A stretch of DNA of 64,000 nucleotides, taken from the NCBI GenBank assembly GCA_963737655.1, contig CAVTTN010000002.1:832001-896000 (forward strand). Direction: 5' to 3'. The notes under the pieces were generated by a model. It saw only the letters and a program-made list of their open reading frames with translations. It searched no databases and was not told the DNA's origin. This stretch comes from an uncultured Planctomycetota bacterium (GTDB lineage Bacteria; Planctomycetota; Planctomycetia; Isosphaerales; Isosphaeraceae). Below are positions 47,665-56,882 of this stretch, piece by piece. The stretch's first letter is position 1. Each line of letters starts with the position of its first letter. Position numbers and translations under genes: made by a program.

Positions 47665-48524
47665 GCCCGGCCATGCCCGATGACTTCGCCGCGCCCCCTC
47701 CGTGGAAGCTGCCCGAGGGGGTCAACGCCCCGTTATGGCACTACTCACGGTCGCAACGCCTGGCCGAGGAGGAGGATGCGTATTTCCGCGACCATCCGTT
47801 ATTCGAGGCCGACGCCCGAATCCTGAGCGAACGACTGAATCCTCCCGGCCCGTTGATCGACCTCGGGTGCGGCGCGGGTCGGCTCTCGATCCTGTTCGCT
47901 CGCAAGGGGTTCGAGGTCACGGCCGTGGACCTCTCCCGCCCCATGCTGGCGAAGGTGGCCGAAAAGGCGGGGGCCGAGGGGCTGTCGGTGGGGACGGTCC
48001 GCGCGAATCTCTGCCGGCTGGACGCCTTTCCGGCCGGTCACTTCGCGTTTGCGCTGATGATGTTCAGCACTCTGGGGATGATCCGGGGACGGCCGGCGAG
48101 GCGGAAGGCCCTGGCCGGGGCGGCCCGCCTGCTGCGGCCCGACGGCCTCCTGGCGCTTCACGCTCACAACCTCTGGTTGAACCTCCACGACCCCCAGGGA
48201 CGGCGGTGGTTGGTCGGCCAGGCCGTGGGCGCGATCCTGGGCCGATCCGGGGCCGGCGACCGGCGGATGACCTATCGGGGCATCCCCGGGATGGAAGTCC
48301 ACCTCTACCGGATGCCCGAGCTACGACAGGACTTGCGCTCGGCCGGACTGGTCCTCCAGGAGGCGATCCCCCTCGACGCCGTGACGGCCCGGACCCTCCC
48401 TCATCCGGGACTCTGGCCCTCGATCCGGGCCGGAGGCTGGATCGTTTTCGCCCGGAAGTTCGGGGCGGTGAACGACGAAGGTGCCCGGGGCAGTCTCCTG
48501 CCTCGGGCCCCTCGAACTATTTAA
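47661..48524 (+). CDS. Class I SAM-dependent methyltransferase
   Basis: LIDLGCGAGR, AVDLS and LRPDG; GTGA overlap with the GH13 gene. Confidence 0.88.
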   Translation: MSPAMPDDFAAPPPWKLPEGVNAPLWHYSRSQRLAEEEDAYFRDHPLFEADARILSERLNPPGPLIDLGCGAGRLSILFARKGFEVTAVDLSRPMLAKVAEKAGAEGLSVGTVRANLCRLDAFPAGHFAFALMMFSTLGMIRGRPARRKALAGAARLLRPDGLLALHAHNLWLNLHDPQGRRWLVGQAVGAILGRSGAGDRRMTYRGIPGMEVHLYRMPELRQDLRSAGLVLQEAIPLDAVTARTLPHPGLWPSIRAGGWIVFARKFGAVNDEGARGSLLPRAPRTI

Positions 48525-48781
48525 TTTTAATGACGATCCGCCCCTGAGCACCACACCTAATACGTGCCGGGCCGGGACGTCTTCGTCCTGTGAGGTCAAG
48601 CTCATCCTCACCCCACGCCCCATATACTGGTCCCCTTCGTCGCGTTCCCAAACTTTCGATTTTTTTTCGCGACATGAGCCGGCCGGCGCGGGATACTCGT
48701 CCGTTGAAGAGCCTGTCAGGGGCCTCCTCCAGGATGGACCGGCCCGGAGACGCGGTCGTCCGAGCGCCGAGAGGTCCGCCG

Positions 48782-49633
48782 ATGAACGGGGAAACCTTCG
48801 AGAACCTGAGCGACATCCAGACCTCCTGGACCGACCTGCGTCTGGCCCACCGGAACGGCCCGGCGGAATCGCCCGAGGAAGTTCGTCAGGCGCAGTCGAG
48901 GCTGCTGAAGCGGTATCAGGGGGCGATCGTCCGCTACGTCCGCGCCGCGGTCGGGGACGAGGAGGAAGCCGAGGAGCTCTTCCAGAACTTCTCGCTGAGG
49001 TTCCTCAAGGGAGACTTCCGCCGGGCCGACCCCGGGCGAGGGCGGTTCCGCGACTACCTCAAGACGGCCCTGTTCCACCTCGTCAGCGACCACGCGAGAC
49101 AGGCCCGGAAGCGCCCGGGACCCTTGCCCTCGGGCTTCGTCGAGCCGTGGAACGACGATTCGCCCACGGACGAGGAGCACCGCCGGTTCGCCGAGCTCTG
49201 GAGGGCCGAATTGCTCGCCCGAGCCTGGGCCGCCCTGGACGACCTGGAACGACGGACCGGCGAACCCCTCGCCTCGCTCCTCCGTTACCGGATCAAGCAT
49301 CCCAAGAGCCGCTCCAGCGAGATGGCCGAGATGTTCTCGGCCCGATTCGGCCGCGAGCTGAAGGCCGAGACGATCCGAAAGACCCTCTATCGGGCCCGCG
49401 GGATCTTCCGCGAACGAATCGTCCGCGAGGTCGCCGAAACCCTCGACTCGCCGAGCCTTTCGGCCGTCGAGGAGGAGCTGATCGACCTGGGCCTCCACGA
49501 ATATCTCCGCTCCGACCTGGATCGGATGAAGGGCCATCGCCCCGACTCCAGGCCGTCGGTCAAATCTGGTAATCGAGACCGCCCGCCGGACCCGTCGCCC
49601 CTCGATAGCGCAGCTTCGGATCCTCGATCGTGA
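48782..49633 (+). CDS. ECF-type sigma-70 factor
   Basis: [40 protein letters not shown] and C-terminal HTH ([10 protein letters not shown]). Start is uncertain; 3' end overlaps cysE by 74 nt. Confidence 0.82.
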   Translation: MNGETFENLSDIQTSWTDLRLAHRNGPAESPEEVRQAQSRLLKRYQGAIVRYVRAAVGDEEEAEELFQNFSLRFLKGDFRRADPGRGRFRDYLKTALFHLVSDHARQARKRPGPLPSGFVEPWNDDSPTDEEHRRFAELWRAELLARAWAALDDLERRTGEPLASLLRYRIKHPKSRSSEMAEMFSARFGRELKAETIRKTLYRARGIFRERIVREVAETLDSPSLSAVEEELIDLGLHEYLRSDLDRMKGHRPDSRPSVKSGNRDRPPDPSPLDSAASDPRS

Positions 49634-50507
49634 CCGTCGTGTAAGGTTCCACGCTCCGGGTAATCCACGCCGACGACCCGATCACGCTATGGTGGCCGAT
49701 CGTCGTCCGCCCGCCGAGGATCGTCGCATTGGCGTAGAGGACCACGTGGTCCTCGATCGTCGGGTGCCGCTTCTGGTCGCGGAGGATCTCGCCGGTCAGC
49801 TCGTCCCGGGGGAAGCTCAGGGCGCCCAGGGTCACGCCCTGGTAGATCTTGACGTCCTCGCCAATCGTCGTCGTCTCGCCGATCACCACGCCGGTGCCGT
49901 GGTCGATGAACAGCCTCCGGCCGATCGAGGCGCCGGGGTGGATGTCGATCCCGGTCTTGCCGTGCGCGTATTCGGTCATCATCCGGGGGATCAGCGGCAC
50001 GCCCATCTCCCAGAGCTCGTGGGCCACCCGAAACACGGTGATGGCCGCCAGGCCGGGATAGCAGAAGAGGATCTCGTCGAGGTTCTTCGCCGCGGGGTCG
50101 CCATCGTAAGCGGCCCTGGCGTCGTCGGCCAGCATCAACCGGAGCCGCGGCAACGCCTCCAGCAACTGGACGGCCCGGAGCTGCGCCTCGGCCTCGAAAT
50201 CCCTCTCCAGGTCTCGGGCGTCGCACCGATGCCGAAGGGCCCGGGCGATCTGCTGGGTCAGGCGGTCGTGGAGGCTATCGACGAGGTCGCCGACGTGATA
50301 CCCCACGTTCCCCATGTGCAGGTTCTGCCGCCGTCCGTAGCCGGGATAGAGGATCTCGCGGACGTCCTTCAGGATGTCCACGACCTCCGAATAGCTCGGC
50401 AACGGGGAATGGCCGAGGTGGTTGATGCCTCCGCATTCCTCGTAGGTCGCCACGATCCGGTCGGTCAGCGCCGGCAGGGCCTCCTTGAGTCGAACGTCGG
50501 TGGCCAT
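49560..50507 (-). CDS. cysE: Serine O-acetyltransferase (EpsC/CysE type)
   Basis: [42 protein letters not shown] and KRHPTIED. Confidence 0.93.
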   Translation of the reverse strand: MATDVRLKEALPALTDRIVATYEECGGINHLGHSPLPSYSEVVDILKDVREILYPGYGRRQNLHMGNVGYHVGDLVDSLHDRLTQQIARALRHRCDARDLERDFEAEAQLRAVQLLEALPRLRLMLADDARAAYDGDPAAKNLDEILFCYPGLAAITVFRVAHELWEMGVPLIPRMMTEYAHGKTGIDIHPGASIGRRLFIDHGTGVVIGETTTIGEDVKIYQGVTLGALSFPRDELTGEILRDQKRHPTIEDHVVLYANATILGGRTTIGHHSVIGSSAWITRSVEPYTTVTIEDPKLRYRGATGPAGGLDYQI

Positions 50508-50881
50508 CCCCATTCCCCTCGCCCAGAGCTCCGCCGGACCGTCTCGTCAAGACGGGGCGATTGTAGGGGCCTCACCGAATGCGGTCAAATCGCCGAGGCC
50601 GCCGCAAGGTATCGGCCGCGACGGTCTCGCGGGTTGAATCGGGACGGACGGGGATGGCGATTGGGCGGCCTTGTCCTGCTTGTCTTAAATATTCTTACGT
50701 GTAAATCATAAAGAGTCCGGACCCGGTCCGCGACCCGGCCCGGATTTTGCGGATTTTCGCGGGGGAGTTGGCCTTGCCACGGCCGATCACTCTTCTAGAA
50801 TCCCACGATCCCCTCGGGCCTTTCGGGCTTTCGCCCCGGCCCTCGCCTCCTTCACTTCCGACCGAAGGGTCAAGCAGAACG

Positions 50882-52322
50882 ATGGGCGACGCATCTCCGT
50901 CCTCCAGCCCCCTCGTCGTCATCCCGGGCCCGGAAGCCACGGATGCCGACGAGCCTCCCAGTCCCCGCGACGGCCGCCCCTCCTCCCCCCGTCACCCGAT
51001 CTGGGCCGACGTCCCCGACTCCGACTGGGACGACTGGCGATGGCAGTCCCAGAACGCCATCCGCAGCCCCCGGCAGCTCGCCGCGCTCCTCCCATTCTCG
51101 GTCGAGGAGCGGCGGGCCCTGGAGAGCCTGTCGGCCCAGTACAAGACGGCGATCCCGCCCTACTACTTCTCCCTGATCGACCCGCTCGAGCCCGCCGACC
51201 CGATCCGCCTCCAGTCCGTCCCCTCGATCCACGAGCTGGAAGGGCACGGCGAGGTCTCCGAAGACGACCCGCTCGACGAGGACAAGGACTCGCCCGTCCC
51301 CGGCCTGACCCACCGCTACCCCGACCGCGCCCTGCTCGTCACCACCCACGTCTGCACCATGTATTGCCGCTTCTGCACCCGGAAGCGCGCCACGATGAAG
51401 CGGGGCGGCTGGGACGCCGTCTCGCGAGACGATGAGCGCATGATCGAATACGTCCGCGATCACCCCGAGATCCGCGACGTGATCGTCTCCGGTGGCGACC
51501 CCCTGACGCTCCCGCTCGAGAAGCTCGAATTCTTCCTCAAGAGCCTCTCGGCGATCGACCACGTGGACGTGATCCGCGTCGGGACACGAGTGCCGGTGAC
51601 CCTGCCCCAGAGGCTCGACGACGACGACCTGATCGACGTCCTCTCGGCCGGCGACAAGGTCTGGGTCCAGACCCACTTCAACCACGCCCGGGAGGTCACG
51701 CCCGAGGCCGCCCGGGCGCGAAGCGGCTCCGCGCCGCCGGCCTGCCGATGAACAATCACGCCGTCCTGATGAAGGGCGTGAACGACTCGCTCGCCGACCA
51801 GCGAGACCTCTGCCGGGCCCTGCTGCGGATCAAGGTCCGGCCGTATTACCTCTTCCACTGCGACCCCGTGACCGGCGCCGGCCACTTCCGCACCAGCGTG
51901 TGGAAGGGGATGGAGATCATCGAGGGCCTGCGCGGGCACATGTCCGGCCTCGGCATCCCCACCTATGTGGTGGACGCCCCGAGAGGCGGCGGCAAGATCC
52001 CGATCATGCCCAGCTACCTGGTCTCGGCGGCCGAGGACGCGGTGGTCTTGCGCAATTATGAAGGAATGCTGGTCCGCTACAACCCGACCGGCGCCCCGCC
52101 GAGGAACGCCCTCCGGTGGCGACCCAGGGCGTCAGCGCCCTCCTCGAAGGCCAGGCCGAGGCGCTCGTCCCGGCCGACAACCCGAGGATGGCCCGCCGCA
52201 AGCCCGTCCCGCCCCTGGTCGAGGCGAAGAACGGCCGAAACGGCCACGCCAACGGGAACGGGAACGGCCACTCCAACGGCAACGGCAACGGCAACGGATA
52301 CTCGAACGGCCACGGACATTGA
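50882..52322 (+). CDS. kamA: KamA-family radical SAM/PLP 2,3-aminomutase (lysine 2,3-aminomutase-like); frameshifts ~51719 and 52094-52097
   Basis: WDDWRWQ, THRYPDR, CTMYCRFCTRKR, SGGDPL, HFNH, PYYLFHCD, VDAPRGGGK and C-terminal GVSALLEG..P..RMARRK. Confidence 0.88.
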
Positions 52323-52335
52323 GGCCCGCCCTGTC

Positions 52336-53364
52336 GTGAAGATCGGCATCGCCTTCAGCGTGAAACCGGACGCCGGGGCCGACGACGGCCCCGACGACCT
52401 CTTCGAGGAATTCGACCGGCCCGAGACCGTCGAGGCCATCGCCTCGGCGATCCGCGGCCTCGGGTTCGACGTGGACCTGCTCGGGGATGGCCGCGAATTC
52501 CTCGAACGCGTCCTGAGCGACCCGCCCGATTTCGTCTTCAATATCGCCGAGGGGCAGGGGGTCGGGCGATCGCGAGAGGCCAGGGTCCCCGCCGTCTGCG
52601 AGATGCTCGGAATCCCCTGTTCCGGCTCCGACCCGCTCACCCTGGCCGCGGCGCTCGACAAGGAGACCGCCCGGCTGATCGCCTCGGGCCGCGGCGTGAT
52701 CTGCCCCCGGGGGGTCTCGCTACCGATCGATACGTCTTCGGACATTTTGGAAAACCATGTCAACAAGTTGCTCGAGAATTCGCAAACCTTGATCCTCAAG
52801 CCCTCGCTGGAAGGGTCGAGCAAGGGGATTCGCGGCGACTGCCTGGCCCGTTCCCGCGCCGAGGCCGCCGAGTTGTTCCATCGCCTCGCCCGCGACTACC
52901 GGCAACCCATCCTCATCGAGGAATTCATCGACGGCGAGGAAGTGACCGTCGGCGTGGTGGGCAACGGCGAGCGCGTCGAGGTTCTCGGCACGATGCGAAT
53001 CCTCCCCAGGGACGCGGACGGCCCGTTCGTCTACTCGCTCGAAGTGAAGCGGGACTGGCTGCGACGAGTCCTGTACGAGGCCCCGGCGCGGCTTCCGGCA
53101 TCGGTCCTCGAACGCCTCGAAACGGCGGCCCGGCTCGCCTATTCGGCGATGGGCTGTCGCGACCTGGCGAGGATCGATTTCCGGCTGAAGGACGGCGTCC
53201 CGTTCTTCCTCGAAATCAACCCGCTGCCCGGCCTCGCGCCGGTCACCAGCGACCTGGTGATCCTCGCCGAAGGCTACGGGATCGGCCATCCCGAGCTGAT
53301 CGGCCGGGTCCTCTCGGCGGCCCTGGAGCGCGAGGGGCTGACCGAGGGGGCGAGGCGATCGTGA
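52336..53364 (+). CDS. D-Ala-D-Ala ligase-like ATP-grasp amide ligase 1
   Basis: FVFNIAEG, REARVP, SGSDP..LDK, KPSLEGSSKGI, EEFIDG, ARIDFR and LEINPLPGL. Own GTG start at 52336. Confidence 0.9.
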   Translation: MKIGIAFSVKPDAGADDGPDDLFEEFDRPETVEAIASAIRGLGFDVDLLGDGREFLERVLSDPPDFVFNIAEGQGVGRSREARVPAVCEMLGIPCSGSDPLTLAAALDKETARLIASGRGVICPRGVSLPIDTSSDILENHVNKLLENSQTLILKPSLEGSSKGIRGDCLARSRAEAAELFHRLARDYRQPILIEEFIDGEEVTVGVVGNGERVEVLGTMRILPRDADGPFVYSLEVKRDWLRRVLYEAPARLPASVLERLETAARLAYSAMGCRDLARIDFRLKDGVPFFLEINPLPGLAPVTSDLVILAEGYGIGHPELIGRVLSAALEREGLTEGARRS

Positions 53365-54377
53365 GCCGCCGCCGACCCAGGGCCGCGGTCCTCTTCAACG
53401 CGCCGACCCTCCCTCGCGATCACCCCGAATTCGCCTCCGAAAGCGGGGTCGTCGCGGCGGCTCGGGCCGTGATCTCCGCCCTGAAATCGCGGGGCTTCAA
53501 GGCGTTCCCGGTCGCCGCCCGACCGCCGGTCGCCAGGCTGGTCCGCAGCCTCGCGAAACGCGGGCCGGACGTCGTGTTCAACCTCATCGAGGGATTCGGC
53601 GGCCTGAGCGGGGGCGAAGCACGGATCACGTCCTTACTCGAACTCATGAATCTGCCTTACACCGGCTGCCCGCCCGAGGCCCAGGCGCTCGGGCGATCGA
53701 AGTCGAGCACGAAAGCCCTCCTGATCGGCTCGGGCCTGCCGACCGCCCCGTTCTGGAGCGTCGCTCCGGGCGATCGTCTGCCGCTCGCCCCCTGGCCCGG
53801 CACGGTGATCGTCAAGCCGGAGTCCGAAGACGCCAGCCTCGGCATCGACCAGGAGAGCGTCGTCGATTCGCCCGAGAAGCTGGAGGCGCAGGTCGAGCGT
53901 CTTCGAGTCGCCCACGGCCCGAGAGTCCTGATCGAGTCGTACTTGCCCGGCCCCGAGTACAACGTCGGCGTCCTGGCCATGCCCCAGCCCGAAGCCTTGC
54001 CACCGGCCGAAGTCGCCTACCAGCCCCGCGAAGGCTGGTGGCCGATCCTCTCGTACGAGGCGAAATGGCACATCGGATCGGAGGCCGACCTCGTGAGCCC
54101 GGTCGTCTGCCCGGCCGCGATCGACGCGAGTCTTGCCGCTCGGCTAGGGTCGCTCGCGCGATCGGCCTTCCTCGCGTGCTCCTGTCGCGATTATGCTCGG
54201 GTGGATTTCCGCCTGGACGCGAAGGGCGATCCCATGATCCTCGAACTCAACCCGAACCCCGACCTCGACCCGTCCGCCGGCCTCGCCCGGGCGATCGCCG
54301 CCAGCGGCCGGGACTGGGGCGACGTGATCGCCGGGCTCGCCCTCCAGGCGATCGAGCGAGGCCCCCGCCGTGACTGA
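53361..54377 (+). CDS. D-Ala-D-Ala ligase-like ATP-grasp amide ligase 2
   Basis: VFNLIEG, PYTGC, KPESEDASLGI, ESYLPG, ARVDFR and LELNPNPDL; GTGA overlap. Confidence 0.9.
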   Translation: MSRRRPRAAVLFNAPTLPRDHPEFASESGVVAAARAVISALKSRGFKAFPVAARPPVARLVRSLAKRGPDVVFNLIEGFGGLSGGEARITSLLELMNLPYTGCPPEAQALGRSKSSTKALLIGSGLPTAPFWSVAPGDRLPLAPWPGTVIVKPESEDASLGIDQESVVDSPEKLEAQVERLRVAHGPRVLIESYLPGPEYNVGVLAMPQPEALPPAEVAYQPREGWWPILSYEAKWHIGSEADLVSPVVCPAAIDASLAARLGSLARSAFLACSCRDYARVDFRLDAKGDPMILELNPNPDLDPSAGLARAIAASGRDWGDVIAGLALQAIERGPRRD

Positions 54378-54852
54378 CCTCGGGCTCCGAGACACGCTCC
54401 AGGCTTCCGACCGCGAGCCGATCGCCCGAATCCTCCGAGAATCGGGGGCCTTTCGCGGCGAGGAGATCGCCGTCGGCCTGGAACTCATCGACGAGACCTT
54501 GAATCCCCGACCCGACACCGATTACTCATGGATTTTGGCCGAACATCAAGGCAAGCTCCTCGGATTCGCCTGCTTCGGGCCCGTGCCGATGACCGTCGGG
54601 ACGTTCGACCTCTACTGGATCGCCGTCGATCGCGATCAAAAAGGGCAGGGGGTCGCCGCCCGGCTCGACGACGCGGTGACCCAGGCCGTCCGGTCGCAAG
54701 GAGGCCGATGGGTGCTGGCCGAGACCTCCTCGACCGACCCGTATACCGCCGCGCACCGCTTCTATCAGAAGCAAGGCTATACGCTCGTCGAACGAATCCC
54801 CGACTTCTACCGAGACGGTGACGACCGCCTCACGTTCGGCAAACGCCTGTAG
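54370..54852 (+). CDS. GNAT family N-acetyltransferase
   Basis: GFACFGP, DLYWIAV, motif A QKGQGVA, ETSS, FYQKQGY and DFYRDGDD. Confidence 0.92.
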   Translation: MTDLGLRDTLQASDREPIARILRESGAFRGEEIAVGLELIDETLNPRPDTDYSWILAEHQGKLLGFACFGPVPMTVGTFDLYWIAVDRDQKGQGVAARLDDAVTQAVRSQGGRWVLAETSSTDPYTAAHRFYQKQGYTLVERIPDFYRDGDDRLTFGKRL

Positions 54853-54941
54853 TGTGCATGAAATGCACCAAACCGGCGGCGGCCGAAGGCCGCCCACAAA
54901 ACCCCGGCCACCCCACGAAACCGGCAAGAAATCAGGCCACC

Positions 54942-56702
54942 ATGTTCCGAATCAGCCACGTGATCGGCACCCACCGCGAGCAGGACCGCCGGAGCCTCGC
55001 CGACATCGCCGAGCCTCTTCCACCAGGCGTTCCCCGATCAGTCCGACGACCCGGACTACATCGAGAGGAAACTCGTCGACCAGACCGCTCGCGGTTACCC
55101 GTGCATCCTGCTCGCCGCTCACGGGCCCGGCGATCGCGTGGTCGGGTTCGCGCTGGCCGACTTCTACGAGACGATCGGCTACGCCTATCTCGATTTCCTG
55201 ATCACCGGCGCCGACCAGAGGGGCCGGGGCCTCGGCGGTGCCCTGTTCGAAGCCTTGCGCGAGGAGTTGACGGCGCGAGGGCGCTCGGCCTGTTCCTCGA
55301 AATCCCCACCGACGACCCCTCGCAGGTCAAGACGGCCGAGGACCTGCGCGCCAACAAGGCCCGCCTGCGGTTTTACGAGCGATACGGGGCCCGATGCGTC
55401 CTGAACACGCTGTACGACCAGCCGATCCGACCCGGGAAGCCGCCCGAGCCGAGGCTCCTGTACGACCCCCTCGACAATACCGGGCCCCTGGAGGCCGACG
55501 AGCTCCGCCGCGTGATCGGCGCGATCCTGACGCTCCGCTACCACTACGACCCGCAGGACCCCTACGTCAAGCGGGTGCTCGCCTCGGTGAAGGAGTCGCC
55601 CGTCCAGCTTCGGGCCCCCTTGGCCCCGACGGCGAACGGCAACCATCGGAAGATCCCCCGGCGCCTTCATCCGTTGAAGGTGTTCTGCTCGGCGCATCAC
55701 GCGCTCCATCACGTCCGCGAACGCGGATACGTCGAGAGGCCCGCGCGCGTCGACGTGATCCTCAAGGCCCTCGACGCCCTGCCCGACGTCGAGAAGCTGC
55801 CGGTCCGCAATTTCGGAGAGGGGCCGATCCGCGCCGTCCACGACGCCGATTTCGTCAATTACCTCAAAAATGCCTGCCTGGAGCTTCCCAAGGGGGAGTT
55901 GCTCTATCCCTACGTCTTCCCGATCCGCCGGCCCGACCGGCCTCCTCACGACAAGGGATACCGAGCCGGCTATTATTGCATCGATACGTTCACGCCGTTG
56001 AGCCGGGATGCGTACAAGGCGGCGAGGTCGGCGGTGAACGTGGCGCTCTCGGGCGCGGCGGCCGTCCTGAAGGGCGAACCGCTCGTGTACAGCCTCTGCC
56101 GGCCTCCGGGGCACCACGCCGAGCGCGACACCTATGGCGGGTTCTGCTACTTCTGCAACGGGGCGATCGCCGCGCAGTACCTGGCCAGGAGCGTGGGCAA
56201 GGTGGCCATCCTGGACGTCGATTACCACCACGGCAACGGCCAGCAAGATATCTTCTTCGATCGATCGGACATCCTGACGGTCTCGATCCACGGCCACCCC
56301 AGCTTCGCCTACCCGTTCTTCGCCGGGTTCGCCGACGAACGGGGCGAAGGGGCCGGCCTCGGCTACAACCACAACTTCCCTCTGGCCGAGCACGTCGGCG
56401 ATTCTCGCTATCTGGAGGCCCTGGACGACGCCCTGAAGGTCGTCCGCGAGTTCAAGCCCGAGGCGCTAGTGGTCTCGCTCGGGCTGGACATCGCCAAGGC
56501 CGACCCCACGGGGAGCTGGAGCCTCTCGGCCGACGGCCTGTTCGAGGTCGGCCGCCGGATCGGAAGCCAGAAGCTGCCCACTTTGATGGTCCAAGAAGGC
56601 GGCTACAACATCCGATCGCTCGGCAGGAACGCCGCGAGCCTGCTCAGCGGAGTCTGCGCCGGAGCCTTGAACCGCAAGAGGGCGCGGAAGCGAACGACCT
56701 GA
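54942..56702 (+). CDS. GNAT + histone deacetylase/acetylpolyamine amidohydrolase fusion; compensating frameshifts ~55013 and ~55280
   Basis: Reconstructed N-terminus VVGFALADF..YLDFL..QRGRGLGG..GLFLE..RFYERYG. C-terminal RPPGHHA, GGFCY, LDVDYHHGNG, SIHG, SLGLD..ADP and QEGGY. Confidence 0.88.
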   Translation: MFRISHVIGTHREQDRRSLADIAEPLPPGVPRSVRRPGLHREETRRPDRSRLPVHPARRSRARRSRGRVRAGRLLRDDRLRLSRFPDHRRRPEGPGPRRCPVRSLARGVDGARALGLFLEIPTDDPSQVKTAEDLRANKARLRFYERYGARCVLNTLYDQPIRPGKPPEPRLLYDPLDNTGPLEADELRRVIGAILTLRYHYDPQDPYVKRVLASVKESPVQLRAPLAPTANGNHRKIPRRLHPLKVFCSAHHALHHVRERGYVERPARVDVILKALDALPDVEKLPVRNFGEGPIRAVHDADFVNYLKNACLELPKGELLYPYVFPIRRPDRPPHDKGYRAGYYCIDTFTPLSRDAYKAARSAVNVALSGAAAVLKGEPLVYSLCRPPGHHAERDTYGGFCYFCNGAIAAQYLARSVGKVAILDVDYHHGNGQQDIFFDRSDILTVSIHGHPSFAYPFFAGFADERGEGAGLGYNHNFPLAEHVGDSRYLEALDDALKVVREFKPEALVVSLGLDIAKADPTGSWSLSADGLFEVGRRIGSQKLPTLMVQEGGYNIRSLGRNAASLLSGVCAGALNRKRARKRTT

Positions 56703-56882
56703 GCGGACGAAGGGAAGTCACTTTCGGGGATCCCGTAAGCGTATGATGCACCCGACGAATCGCCCGGCGTGGGCCGCCGAAGTCGCCGCTCGTCCCGCTT
56801 TTCCGGGCCCGGGGGCCGGATTCCGTCGCTTCTCTCCCGATAGTACGCGGCCGTACGATCCTCTCTCCGGGAGTCGGACACC

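Noticed and set aside
51748..53364. Apparent KamA C-terminus/ATP-grasp fusion (538-aa ORF)
   Set aside because: Artefact of a missing C at 52094-52097. The true KamA end is in another frame (stop 52322) and the ligase has its own GTG at 52336.
52336..54377. Housekeeping ddl or van-type resistance ligases
   Set aside because: No GGxSxE motif and no mur/fts or vanH/vanX context.
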